A DNA stretch of 63,526 nucleotides, taken from an archaeon. Lineage in GTDB: Archaea; Iainarchaeota; Iainarchaeia; Iainarchaeales; 1-14-0-10-31-34. Shown here piece after piece: positions 35,019 to 44,332 of this stretch. The number at the start of each line of letters is the position of its first letter. The stretch's first letter is position 1. Below the pieces are notes generated by a model. The model was not told the DNA's origin. It made no database searches and saw only the letters and a list, made by a program, of their open reading frames with translations. The stretch covers positions 1-63,526 of the forward strand of contig JBDRIL010000005.1 in NCBI GenBank assembly GCA_043815885.1, in the 5' to 3' direction. The translations under genes were made by a program, and so were the position numbers.

Positions 35019-37904
35019 TTACTTCCTTCTGATGACATAGAATAATATTGCCACTACTATTATGAGTAAAACGAATGCAATCATTCCCTGCCCTAAAAAC
35101 AGGAATGCTGTCGGAATTAATGGAGTTGCTGGTTCAAAGGAAACTGGTGCAGAGTAAGATTTTCCATCAACATTGAATTCAATTGTTCCTCCCTGTTCCT
35201 CTGTTACGTCCTTGTCTGGAGTTACTTTCAAGGCAATGACTTCTTCCTTTCCTGCTTCCACTTCAATCCTGTCTTCTCCTTCCACGTTCCATTCCTCTGG
35301 AATCCCGCTTAAAGAAATCTCTCCTTCCACTGTTTCAGCTGAATCATTTGTTATCCTTACAATTACTTCATATGTATTTCCTGTTTCTGATTTAATTACT
35401 TCTACTTCAATTGAAGGAGCCGCTTCCTTTCCAACAATCAGAGTCATTCTCTTTTCATCTTCTGCCTCATCTGTTTCTGCTATGACTCTTCCATTGAATT
35501 CTCCCTTTCCTTCAGGGGTTACGCTCAGATAAACTTTTTCTGTTTCATTTCCTTCAATTGAAACACTCTTTTCCTGTACTTCCCATCCTGATGGAAATCC
35601 ATCCAAGTAAACCCTTACACTCAGTGTATAGCTTGAATTATTTCTTACCTCAAAAACCAATTCACTCTTTCCTTCAATCATTTTTTTGGAAGGATAGCCA
35701 ACTATTTCGATATCCTTTTCTTTTTCGCTTGGGATAATTTTCGTAGTTTTTGAAGGGATATTGCATCCACTTACTTCCACATCGTAAAGCAAGTAAGTCT
35801 CTTTGTTTTCCTTCAAAGTAACTTCAACTGTCTTGGTTCCAAAGTAATCTGCAGGAATTTCAATTACTCCAGGACTCACTTCCAAGTACTTTCCGCTCAA
35901 CCTTATTTCTGCCTTTTTATCAAAAGGATTATCCACTGTAAAGGAAATAACTGTCTTTTCTTTCACTGTTTTTTCGCTTGGAACACTTAATTCAAAGTTA
36001 CTGCAAGTGCTTTCCTCTCCTTCAACATAAACCATAAAACTTTCTGTCCCTATTTGACTGAAACTGCAGCTCTCTCCCCCGCTGAAATGGCCTTTTACTT
36101 TAATGTATCCTGTCCCACTCTCATCCTTATCTGTTCCAAATGCCTTTACCTTTATTTTCAAATCAGCAGTTCCATTTGAATAAACTGTCTTATCCCATTC
36201 ATATTCCTCTACATCAAAGTCAGCATCATTGTCATATGCTTCAACGTCATCAATATAGAAGGTCTGCTTTGTATTGTTTTCTAATTCAAATGTCTTGTAT
36301 TCAGTAGTTCCTTCTTCCAGTGTAACTGATTCAGTGTTTATTTCAATATCCTTGCACATTGCCTCTTCTTCCACGTCCTCTATATTTACATAGAAGTAAT
36401 CACTGACAATATCTGAATAATCGCATTGCTTTCCTCCGCTGAAATGCCCTTTTAAATTCACTGAAGCCCTTGCTCTTACGTCCTCACTAACTGAATAACT
36501 CTTTACATTTAATTCAATGAATCCGTCATCCCTTGAATTAATGTAAGTGCTTTTATCCTCTACATTTATATTGAATGAACTGCTTGTTTCTTTTGGTGAA
36601 ACTCCTTCCAAGTAAAATCTTTCAAGTGAATTATTGTATACAATGAATTTAACTGTCTTGCTTGAACTTTCATCAAGGTAAACTGAATTAACCCTTACAT
36701 CCAGTTCATCACATTCGCTTTCTTCCCCTAAATCATTCACATGGACATCAAAGTATTCAGTGTAAGTGCAATCACTTCCATCAGTAAAGTGTCCTTCCAC
36801 TGTTGCCTTTGCCCTAAAAACTCGGTCATTGCTTACCTCTTCTGTTTCCACTCTCACTCTGTAGGTTCCGCTTGAATCAGGGCTAATGTAGTGATCGTAA
36901 TATGTTTCCTCTACATCTATTTCGCTGTCCAATTCAACTGCTTCAACTGAATCAATCCAGAAACCGCTTTCCCCACTATTCTCAATCGTGAAGTTATAGT
37001 AAGCTGTTTCTTCTTCATCCATGTATACATCGTTTGCATTAACCTCTACATCACTGCAACTTGTTTCTGGTTCTGTGTCCCTTACATATACAGTGAAATT
37101 CTTTGTTGAAATTTCAGAGAAATCGCATTCCTTTCCGTTCTGGAAATGCCCCCTTAAATCAAGGTATCCTTCTCCCTGCCTGTCATTTGAAACTTCTTCT
37201 GTTCTAATGCTTACTTCCAGACTTGCGCTTCCGTTTTCTGGAATTGAGTAATCATAGTCATATGCCTCAATATCCATGAAGCTGTAGTAAGAAACATCAT
37301 CTGCTTCAAATTCATCTATATAGAATCTGCTGTCTGAATGATTCTCTACACTAAAGGTTCTGTTATCAGTTGTATCCTCATCCAGATAAACTGTTCTGGG
37401 GTAAATCACTATATCAGAACAGTCTCCAGTTCCCCCATTCAAAATATTCACATAAGCAGAGTATTCTGAGGGAATCCATTCTTCTCCTTCAACCCTTGCA
37501 AAAACCCCTACATGGTATTCATCAGGGCCTCCTCTCACTTCAAAAACATTATTCCACTCAAATTCCTCTGATTCATACAAATAAAGGTACTTTGACTCAA
37601 TTGGTGAAGTATCCACTAAACCAACACCATTTCCATAAAGAGCGTATACTTCAGCATAAGCTTCTACAAGCACATAGGCGTCCTCAGGAATTGATTCATA
37701 GTAATCCCCGTACTCCAGATAAATGTCTGCCCTTACATCAACATAGTCATCCACTTCTGCATCCACGCTTGGGGCATAGGAATGCTCGTAATCGCTTCTG
37801 ACTTCAACATTACTTATTTCAAGATTATAAGGCTCGACTGCATGAGCAAAGCTTAAGAAAATCAATCCAAGAAACACAACACAAAACCATTTAATTCCAT
37901 TCAA
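35019..37904 (-). CDS. Large cell-surface protein: signal peptide, four ~115-121-aa Cys-bracketed repeats, C-terminal beta-sandwich-like domains, TM anchor
   Basis: 961 aa. TTG start with GGTGA 6 nt upstream. Signal FLSFAHA/VEP. The C-terminus is a hydrophobic anchor plus RRK. PSGWEV / PEEWNVEG segments resemble NEW3/CARDB-type archaeal surface domains. Confidence 0.6.
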   Translation of the reverse strand: MNGIKWFCVVFLGLIFLSFAHAVEPYNLEISNVEVRSDYEHSYAPSVDAEVDDYVDVRADIYLEYGDYYESIPEDAYVLVEAYAEVYALYGNGVGLVDTSPIESKYLYLYESEEFEWNNVFEVRGGPDEYHVGVFARVEGEEWIPSEYSAYVNILNGGTGDCSDIVIYPRTVYLDEDTTDNRTFSVENHSDSRFYIDEFEADDVSYYSFMDIEAYDYDYSIPENGSASLEVSIRTEEVSNDRQGEGYLDLRGHFQNGKECDFSEISTKNFTVYVRDTEPETSCSDVEVNANDVYMDEEETAYYNFTIENSGESGFWIDSVEAVELDSEIDVEETYYDHYISPDSSGTYRVRVETEEVSNDRVFRAKATVEGHFTDGSDCTYTEYFDVHVNDLGEESECDELDVRVNSVYLDESSSKTVKFIVYNNSLERFYLEGVSPKETSSSFNINVEDKSTYINSRDDGFIELNVKSYSVSEDVRARASVNLKGHFSGGKQCDYSDIVSDYFYVNIEDVEEEAMCKDIEINTESVTLEEGTTEYKTFELENNTKQTFYIDDVEAYDNDADFDVEEYEWDKTVYSNGTADLKIKVKAFGTDKDESGTGYIKVKGHFSGGESCSFSQIGTESFMVYVEGEESTCSNFELSVPSEKTVKEKTVISFTVDNPFDKKAEIRLSGKYLEVSPGVIEIPADYFGTKTVEVTLKENKETYLLYDVEVSGCNIPSKTTKIIPSEKEKDIEIVGYPSKKMIEGKSELVFEVRNNSSYTLSVRVYLDGFPSGWEVQEKSVSIEGNETEKVYLSVTPEGKGEFNGRVIAETDEAEDEKRMTLIVGKEAAPSIEVEVIKSETGNTYEVIVRITNDSAETVEGEISLSGIPEEWNVEGEDRIEVEAGKEEVIALKVTPDKDVTEEQGGTIEFNVDGKSYSAPVSFEPATPLIPTAFLFLGQGMIAFVLLIIVVAILFYVIRRK
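36006..37421 (-). repeat. Four tandem protein-level repeats (aa 162-282, 283-397, 398-516, 517-633)
   Basis: Each unit follows C-x-(D/E)...VY(L/M)DE...F.(V/I)EN...F(Y/W)ID.VEA...(R/K)GHF.(N/D/G)G..C.(F/Y)(S/T)...F.V.V. Aligned by eye. The similarity is at protein level only. Confidence 0.7.
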
Positions 37905-37934
37905 TCCATATCACCTTTTTTTATTTTTTCAAAA

Positions 37935-38477
37935 TTAAGAGTAATAATCGTCATAGTAACTGTAATCATTGTTGTAATATTCGTCATATTCATCGTATTC
38001 GTAATAATAATCCTCTTCCTCTGCTGGAAGCTCATAAGGATTGCTGTAACCAGTAACATAGTCTTTGTGATACCAGTAATCAGCTAAAGCATAATAGTCA
38101 GTATAATAGGGGTAATAATAAGGAGAATAATAGTAGTAAGGATAGTAAGAGTAAGGCTCATATGAATAGGGATAGTAAGGATAATAGCATTTAGTGTGAA
38201 TGCATGGATTGTCTGAGTAATAGTAATCTCCATAATAGTTGCCATAGGAATTGTAGTAGTAAGGCTCGTAATCGCTGTAATAGTATGAATCGTAGTAATA
38301 ATCCCTATCGTAATTCCCTATTTCAATGTAATACTCTCCATCTCCAATAGAAATATAGGAATCAGCGCTAACACTCTGGCTGAGTAATATAAAGCCAAAG
38401 CTGATTAGAATAAGCGATAATACACTCTTTGGAAAATAAATTTTTCCCCCCACCTTATCACTCCGAAGTAGTAACAA
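37935..38477 (-). CDS. Secreted, extremely Tyr-rich low-complexity protein
   Basis: 180 aa from TTG 38477. A likelier start is the GTG at 38453, ~27 nt downstream of the TATATATAA box at ~38480-38488. Signal-like SLILISFGFILLSQSVSA. The mature part has ~57 Tyr in ~142 residues by hand count, plus D/E/P/S/N. Confidence 0.5.
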   Translation of the reverse strand: MLLLRSDKVGGKIYFPKSVLSLILISFGFILLSQSVSADSYISIGDGEYYIEIGNYDRDYYYDSYYYSDYEPYYYNSYGNYYGDYYYSDNPCIHTKCYYPYYPYSYEPYSYYPYYYYSPYYYPYYTDYYALADYWYHKDYVTGYSNPYELPAEEEDYYYEYDEYDEYYNNDYSYYDDYYS

Positions 38478-38549
38478 TTATATATAAGTGGTGTATTGAG
38501 TCCTTTTAAATATATCGCTTTTTAGAGTTAACAAGTTAATTTAGCCTTT

Positions 38550-40532
38550 TTAGGCAATAGAGCCCTCTATTTTTTCGTATGCAATCTCTTTAATTTTAGT
38601 AGTATCTTTTCCTACCTCGATAGTGAATTTCTGCCCATTAATTGTTTTTGTTTTAGCATCCAACTTATATTTTCCAGTAGGAACAATAACTTTAACAATT
38701 TCTTTTGGGATTTCCTTGTAATCAATTAAACTGATTTTCTCTTCTTCGAATGACTCCTCTATAAGTATTTCCTTTGTTTCAAAGTTCTGCATAAAGCTTT
38801 CAGTTCCAGCCTTAATCTTAGCGTAATGCTTCTTTTCCTTCTCCTTTTTCGCTGGATTAGTGTATTTCACTGCTTTTACACTAATTAATTCATAAGTGCT
38901 TAAATCATCTGGATTGCTTCCAGTAAGCATTAATTCTACTGCATTTCCTCCTTCTGAAGGAGCTCCGGAATAATCACTCAAACTTGAAGCAATATGGTTT
39001 TCGCTCACTAAACCCAGATTATAGTTATTCCAGCTCTTCATTACAGAATTTATTGTTGGACGGTAATTTCCATACACATAAGAACATCCATCATAGTATC
39101 CTATAATTTGTCCATCTTGTCCACTCTCTCCCACCAAACTTCCCCACCAACTTTCAGCCTGGCTCAGATCATTGGCACAGTTAGGCGTTCCAGGCCTGTC
39201 TCCAAGAGATGATTCCACATACTCATCCCTTAACCTTGGAAACTGGTGCTGGAATTCATGGTCAAATACATAAGGCCAGTAAGTTTCATTGGAACCTGTT
39301 ACAGAAACATAAGAACTTCCACCTAAATAAGCACAGGATCTAAAAGATATATCGCAAAGATTTACTCTGTAAGTATTAGCTAACCCCTGGCAGTAAGTAT
39401 AACTTTCAGCATTCCTGCAGTCAGTGCAGTAATCCACTGGATAATCAGGGGTAAATATCTGGTCGACATACCAGAAATTGAATTTATTTGTATTGTTTTC
39501 ATAGACATCCATTTCCAATAAACCAGGTCCACTGGAAGGAAGGTTTCCATAGTAATCAACTGCCTTCTCTGCGTTATCCAAAAACTCGTTCTTTGAACTA
39601 TAAGCCAATCCAATGAAAATCACATTCACTCTATCCCCAGCAGCATTATTTGTTCCAGGGAACAATTCCTTGCACATTCCATGGTCAACACAAACACCAT
39701 TAACGCAGGTATTTGAAGTACAATCAGAATTCACATCACATCCTTGTCCTGTCTGGCATGGAGGACAAATACTTCCTCCACAATCAACATCTGTTTCCCC
39801 TGGGTCTTGATAGTTATTGTTGCATGTTCCATAGGGATTTGTTGTAAAAGAATAATAGGCACTATCAATGCAATCAGTCTGTGTAGAATCAATACAACTT
39901 CTTACTTTGTATTCATAAGAAGTACCCCCAGAAAGACTATATTGTGTTACATAGTGCTGTGTATTACCTCCATAGTAAGGGGTTGGACTCCAGTTGTCTA
40001 TCTGTATTTCATTATAAGAAGCTGTTTGGTTTGTCTCCCAATAGGCAGTAACATAATCAACTCCAACTTCATTTACTTCTGGCCCGTAGGTAATGCTTAA
40101 ACTTTCATTGCAGTCAGCAATACACTCCCCCCATAAACCATTCTCGCAGTACTGTATGCCTGGTCCACACCAAATAGTACAATCCCTTGATAAATCTTCA
40201 TCAATTAATCCATCACAGTCATTGTCTTCTCCATCACATATTTCCTGTGAAGGAATACAATTATAGCTTTCATTTTTATCCTTCCTGCTTTCACAGTCTG
40301 GATCCCCTAAAGTGCTTCCATCAGAGCAATAACCTTTCTTCCAATAAAAATCACAGTAGCCATCTCCGTCATTATCTATATGGTCATCACATTCAATTGG
40401 AGTATTATCTTTCCCAGTTCCTCTTCCAGGCGCCCCAACTGGAGCCCCAAAAGGAGAAATAAACTGAATTATTCCAATAATTATTATTGCAATAACCAGT
40501 ATTAAAAATAAACCAAGTAAATTCTTATTCAT
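38550..40532 (-). CDS. Secreted multidomain protein: Cys-rich DxDxDG/DNDCDG modules, FN3-like segment, M64-like zinc metallopeptidase domain
   Basis: 660 aa with an N-terminal TM/signal. Modules are HIDNDGDGYCD and CDGEDNDCDGLIDED. The catalytic-type motif HEFQHQFPRLRDEY (HExxH at nt 39246-39260) and the preceding VNVIFIGLAYSS...NFWYVD resemble the peptidase M64 layout. Confidence 0.55.
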   Translation of the reverse strand: MNKNLLGLFLILVIAIIIIGIIQFISPFGAPVGAPGRGTGKDNTPIECDDHIDNDGDGYCDFYWKKGYCSDGSTLGDPDCESRKDKNESYNCIPSQEICDGEDNDCDGLIDEDLSRDCTIWCGPGIQYCENGLWGECIADCNESLSITYGPEVNEVGVDYVTAYWETNQTASYNEIQIDNWSPTPYYGGNTQHYVTQYSLSGGTSYEYKVRSCIDSTQTDCIDSAYYSFTTNPYGTCNNNYQDPGETDVDCGGSICPPCQTGQGCDVNSDCTSNTCVNGVCVDHGMCKELFPGTNNAAGDRVNVIFIGLAYSSKNEFLDNAEKAVDYYGNLPSSGPGLLEMDVYENNTNKFNFWYVDQIFTPDYPVDYCTDCRNAESYTYCQGLANTYRVNLCDISFRSCAYLGGSSYVSVTGSNETYWPYVFDHEFQHQFPRLRDEYVESSLGDRPGTPNCANDLSQAESWWGSLVGESGQDGQIIGYYDGCSYVYGNYRPTINSVMKSWNNYNLGLVSENHIASSLSDYSGAPSEGGNAVELMLTGSNPDDLSTYELISVKAVKYTNPAKKEKEKKHYAKIKAGTESFMQNFETKEILIEESFEEEKISLIDYKEIPKEIVKVIVPTGKYKLDAKTKTINGQKFTIEVGKDTTKIKEIAYEKIEGSIA

Positions 40533-40565
40533 CTAATACTTTTAGAATTAAGTATTATATAAGCT

Positions 40566-41996
40566 TTATCCCTTTACCACTCCAAGAGGAACCACTCTTG
40601 CAATCTTTTTTGCTATTCCGCTTACCTCAAGTGACTTAACTACTTCATCTACGTCCTTGTATGCTTCAGGCATTTCTTCAGCCAGAGTAGCATAGGATGC
40701 TGCTTTCACTAATTTTCCTTCCTTCATTAGGTCTTCCTGTACCTGCTTTCCTTTCTTTCTTCTCATTGCTTCATGCCTGCTCATTACTCTTCCTGCTCCA
40801 TGAGCAATGCTTCCAAACGTCTCCTCCAATCCTTTTTCTGTTCCAACCACTATCCATGAAGCTGTTCCCATTGAACCAGGAATTATTGCCGGATGCCCGC
40901 TTTCAGCATATGCCTTTGGGTTTTCCTTTCTTCCTGCAGGAAAAGCCCTTGTAGCTCCCTTTCTATGAACCAATAACTTCTTTCTCTTTCCTTCTACATT
41001 ATGTTCCTCTATTTTTGCAATATTATGCGCTACATCATACAATAACTCTAAATTCATTTCTTCCGCACTTCTCCCCATTATCTTGCTGAATCCATCCCTA
41101 ACCCAATGCATTATCATCTGCCTGTTTGCAAAGGCAAAGTTCACTGCACAATACATCGCTTCCAGATAATCCTTTCCTTCCTTTGAATTAATTGGAGCAC
41201 AACACAATTGCGGGTCAGGAACTCTTATCCCATACTTATTCATTGCATTCTTCATTACTCCAAGATAATCAGAAGCTATTTGATGTCCAAATCCTCTGCT
41301 TCCAGTATGAACCATTAAAACGATTTGCCCTTTACTTAAACCAAATTTTTCTGCCACTCTTTCATCAAATAACTGTTCAACCAACTGTATTTCGAGAAAA
41401 TGATTCCCTGAACCAAGCGAACCCAATTGAGGCATTCCCCTCTGAATTGCCTTCTCACTCACTTTCTCTCTATTCGCTAACTCAATTCGTCCATTTTCCT
41501 CCATGTGCTCCAAATCCTTGCTCCATCCAAATCCTTCCTTTACAGCCCATTTAGCTCCTTCCTGCATTACTTCATTCAATTGATTTTTGTTGGCCCGGAA
41601 TTGTCCTTTACTGCCTAAACCACTTGGGACATCAACAAACAATTTCTCTATTATTTCCCTTACCTTTGGCTTTACTTCCTTTAACTCCAGATTAGTCTTA
41701 ATCAATCTCACTCCGCAATTGATATCAAAACCAATTCCTCCAGGGCTAACCACTCCTTTTTCATAATCAATTCCCGCCACGCCTCCTATTGGGAAACCGT
41801 AGCCGATATGGGCATCCGGAAGCGCTATAGAATATTTTTGTATTCCTGGAAGATAAGCAACATTCTTTATCTGATTAATTGCACCTGATTCTATTCTTTC
41901 CACTATTTTTTCTGTCCCATAAACTCTTCCTGGAACAAGCATTCCGCCTTCTTTTGGGATTTCCCATGTGCCTTCAGAAACCTTTTTGAATTCCAT
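40566..41996 (-). CDS. rtcB: tRNA-splicing / RNA 3'-phosphate ligase RtcB
   Basis: 476 aa. PDAHIGYGFPIGGV...GFDINCGVR...GSGNHFLEIQ...HTGSRGFGHQ...HGAGR. Confidence 0.95.
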   Translation of the reverse strand: MEFKKVSEGTWEIPKEGGMLVPGRVYGTEKIVERIESGAINQIKNVAYLPGIQKYSIALPDAHIGYGFPIGGVAGIDYEKGVVSPGGIGFDINCGVRLIKTNLELKEVKPKVREIIEKLFVDVPSGLGSKGQFRANKNQLNEVMQEGAKWAVKEGFGWSKDLEHMEENGRIELANREKVSEKAIQRGMPQLGSLGSGNHFLEIQLVEQLFDERVAEKFGLSKGQIVLMVHTGSRGFGHQIASDYLGVMKNAMNKYGIRVPDPQLCCAPINSKEGKDYLEAMYCAVNFAFANRQMIMHWVRDGFSKIMGRSAEEMNLELLYDVAHNIAKIEEHNVEGKRKKLLVHRKGATRAFPAGRKENPKAYAESGHPAIIPGSMGTASWIVVGTEKGLEETFGSIAHGAGRVMSRHEAMRRKKGKQVQEDLMKEGKLVKAASYATLAEEMPEAYKDVDEVVKSLEVSGIAKKIARVVPLGVVKG

Positions 41997-42041
41997 ATTA
42001 ATTCATCCTATAATTAATTCAATGAATAAAATTAAATCTTT

Positions 42042-42461
42042 TTATATATCACACAAAACCAGCGCATTCCATTTTCCTTCGTGAAACCAAACCCTGAAAT
42101 CGTGCCTTGTAATTGCCTTTACATTTGTTTTCACTTCATGCTTCTTTGAATCAATTTTTTCTCCCCTGCACTCAATCTTCAAATAACCTTCTCTTAATTC
42201 CTTTACTTCAAACTCTGAAAAAACCATTTCCCTTGTCTCAATCTGAAACAATAATTCCTCCAGGAATTTAAACAATACTTCCTCAAACTTTTCCTCTTCA
42301 ATTTTCACTTCCAATTCAATTTTTTCCCCTGCATTTACTCCCCTTAAATCAATTATTGCATTGCACAAAGCCCTCCCTGAATTCACTATTAATCCTTCTT
42401 TCGTTTTCCCGAATGCCTGAAACAATAAATCAGCTGTATGCTCCAAATAAACGAATTCCAT
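42042..42461 (-). CDS. Archease (RtcB activator)
   Basis: 139 aa. MEFVYLEHTADLLFQAFGKT...VKAITRHDFRV. Adjacent to rtcB. Confidence 0.85.
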   Translation of the reverse strand: MEFVYLEHTADLLFQAFGKTKEGLIVNSGRALCNAIIDLRGVNAGEKIELEVKIEEEKFEEVLFKFLEELLFQIETREMVFSEFEVKELREGYLKIECRGEKIDSKKHEVKTNVKAITRHDFRVWFHEGKWNALVLCDI

Positions 42462-42571
42462 GCTTTTAATAATGTAAACAATAATTGTAATAAATCATTT
42501 GTTTTCCTAACAAGGAAAATTATTTAATCAGCACATACATTTTTATAGAAGAAAAGCGATTAGGTAATAGA

Positions 42572-43966
42572 ATGCAAAAAAAATTATTCATTTCATTAAT
42601 TCTCTTAATTATATTAGTCTCGCCTTTAGCTCTTGCTGATGGAGGCCTCTGGATTAGAGACATAGACAGATGGAACCTCTATGACCAGCAACTGCAGCTC
42701 GCATCAATTGATTATAAGGACGGATACCAAAACATGCTTATCCAGATTAATATTGATGACGAAGTCCATGGAGATACAGCGGTATGGATTTTTCCTGTTC
42801 CCGCGCCCCCGGAAAAAGTTGCAATAGATGTAACTAAAGGCTATCCAATATTTGAAGGAAGAAACATCAAAGAAAGACTCACTTCAACTGTTTCTGGAAT
42901 GAGTTTTCTTTATGCATTTTATTCAACCTTTCCTTTCTCACTAGTTTTAATTCCTCTCTTTACTACTATGGGGTCATCAGGAACCTATGCGTCATCTCGT
43001 TTTAATGAAGAATATAATATGCTTTTCCACACCATGGATGGAGGAGTAACAGTCCACGAAGTAATTGAAAAAATGGGAATTACAACTGAATTAATCACTA
43101 CAATTGATGCAACCTCTCTCTCCAATTACCTCACTTCAAAAGGATTGGACTTGCCTGAAAGCTCCAAAGAAATAATGAATGAATACATTGGAAAGGATTA
43201 CTCTTTTGTTGTATCCTACATTAATGATATCGATAAATTCAAGAGATGGAGCACCAACACTGCAGCGCCTTCTTATTATGGTTATAATGACTCTGGAAGG
43301 TTATGGAGAGGAAACATAATGAGTGTTTCTTTACGCTTTCCTACAGACAAGGTATTCTATCCTTTAAGGCTCACCAGTGTTTACGGAAGCAAGAGCATTC
43401 CAATGGAAATAAATGTTGCAGGCCATGTAAGCCCTGAACTTTATCCTGAAATAAAGACTGGTTCAGAGATTACATACAATGAAAACACTAGTTCAAGTAG
43501 TTATTATGAAGGCTATAAAACATTCACTAAAATAAAGCTCAATGCTCCTTCAAAATACTTTGTGAAAGATTTATGGATTTCAGGCATGACTCCAATAAAT
43601 GTTGGATGGGCTGACTTTCTGATTAACTTTCCATGGCTTTGGGGAATCATTCTTTATGCATTGCTTTCCTGTATTTCAAGTCTTGCTGCAGGGCTATTTG
43701 CCTTCAAGGAAGACTTCCAAAAGATTGGAAGAAACAAACTGTTCTTTTTCGGTTTATTCAATTTCCTCACAATAGTGGCATTTTCTGTTGCAACATGGCA
43801 ATTAAAAACCAAGACTCTTGACCCAAAAATAAAAGCAGATTTAAAAAAGAAAGGAGTAGAAGTTTCAGTCAAAGACAACAGAAAGTTTGTATTTGTTGGA
43901 TTATTTATAGTGATATTCCTTTGCCTGACATTCTTTTCAATGGCCTTGCTTGGAGCCTTATTGTAA
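42572..43966 (+). CDS. Hypothetical secreted/membrane protein (DUF2330-like N-terminal pattern; C-terminal TM bundle)
   Basis: 464 aa. Signal peptide ...PLALA/DGG. DGGLW...QLASIDYKDGYQNMLIQINI...TAVWIFPVPAPPEKV resembles the DUF2330 N-terminal signature, recalled from memory and not verified. Has 3-4 C-terminal TMs. Confidence 0.4.
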   Translation: MQKKLFISLILLIILVSPLALADGGLWIRDIDRWNLYDQQLQLASIDYKDGYQNMLIQINIDDEVHGDTAVWIFPVPAPPEKVAIDVTKGYPIFEGRNIKERLTSTVSGMSFLYAFYSTFPFSLVLIPLFTTMGSSGTYASSRFNEEYNMLFHTMDGGVTVHEVIEKMGITTELITTIDATSLSNYLTSKGLDLPESSKEIMNEYIGKDYSFVVSYINDIDKFKRWSTNTAAPSYYGYNDSGRLWRGNIMSVSLRFPTDKVFYPLRLTSVYGSKSIPMEINVAGHVSPELYPEIKTGSEITYNENTSSSSYYEGYKTFTKIKLNAPSKYFVKDLWISGMTPINVGWADFLINFPWLWGIILYALLSCISSLAAGLFAFKEDFQKIGRNKLFFFGLFNFLTIVAFSVATWQLKTKTLDPKIKADLKKKGVEVSVKDNRKFVFVGLFIVIFLCLTFFSMALLGALL

Positions 43967-43980
43967 AATAGAATTAGTTT

Positions 43981-44289
43981 TTATTCCTTTAATTCAATTT
44001 CAACGTGAACATTTTCTGGAATCTCTACTCGCATTATCCTTCTCAAAGTCCTTTCATCTGCTTCAATATCAATCAGTCTTTTATGGATTCGCATCTGCCA
44101 TTTTTCATATGATTCTGTGCCTCCGCCACTCATTCCCTTTCTTGTAGGTATAATCAGTTTTTTTGTTGGAAGAGGAATTTTTCCGGAATGCTTTACTCCG
44201 GTTCTTCCGGCTATTTCCAGTATTCTTTCACATATTTCATCCAGTAGCTTAAAATCAGGGCTTGTAAGTTTAATTCTTGCTTTACGCAT
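43981..44289 (-). CDS. rps10: Ribosomal protein uS10
   Basis: 102 aa. KARIKLTSPDFKLLDEICERI...GKIPLPTKKL...HKRLIDI. Confidence 0.9.
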   Translation of the reverse strand: MRKARIKLTSPDFKLLDEICERILEIAGRTGVKHSGKIPLPTKKLIIPTRKGMSGGGTESYEKWQMRIHKRLIDIEADERTLRRIMRVEIPENVHVEIELKE

Positions 44290-44332
44290 TCTTCATTCCT
44301 CTGAAAAAATAAAATAAAAAAAAGAAAGGGCA

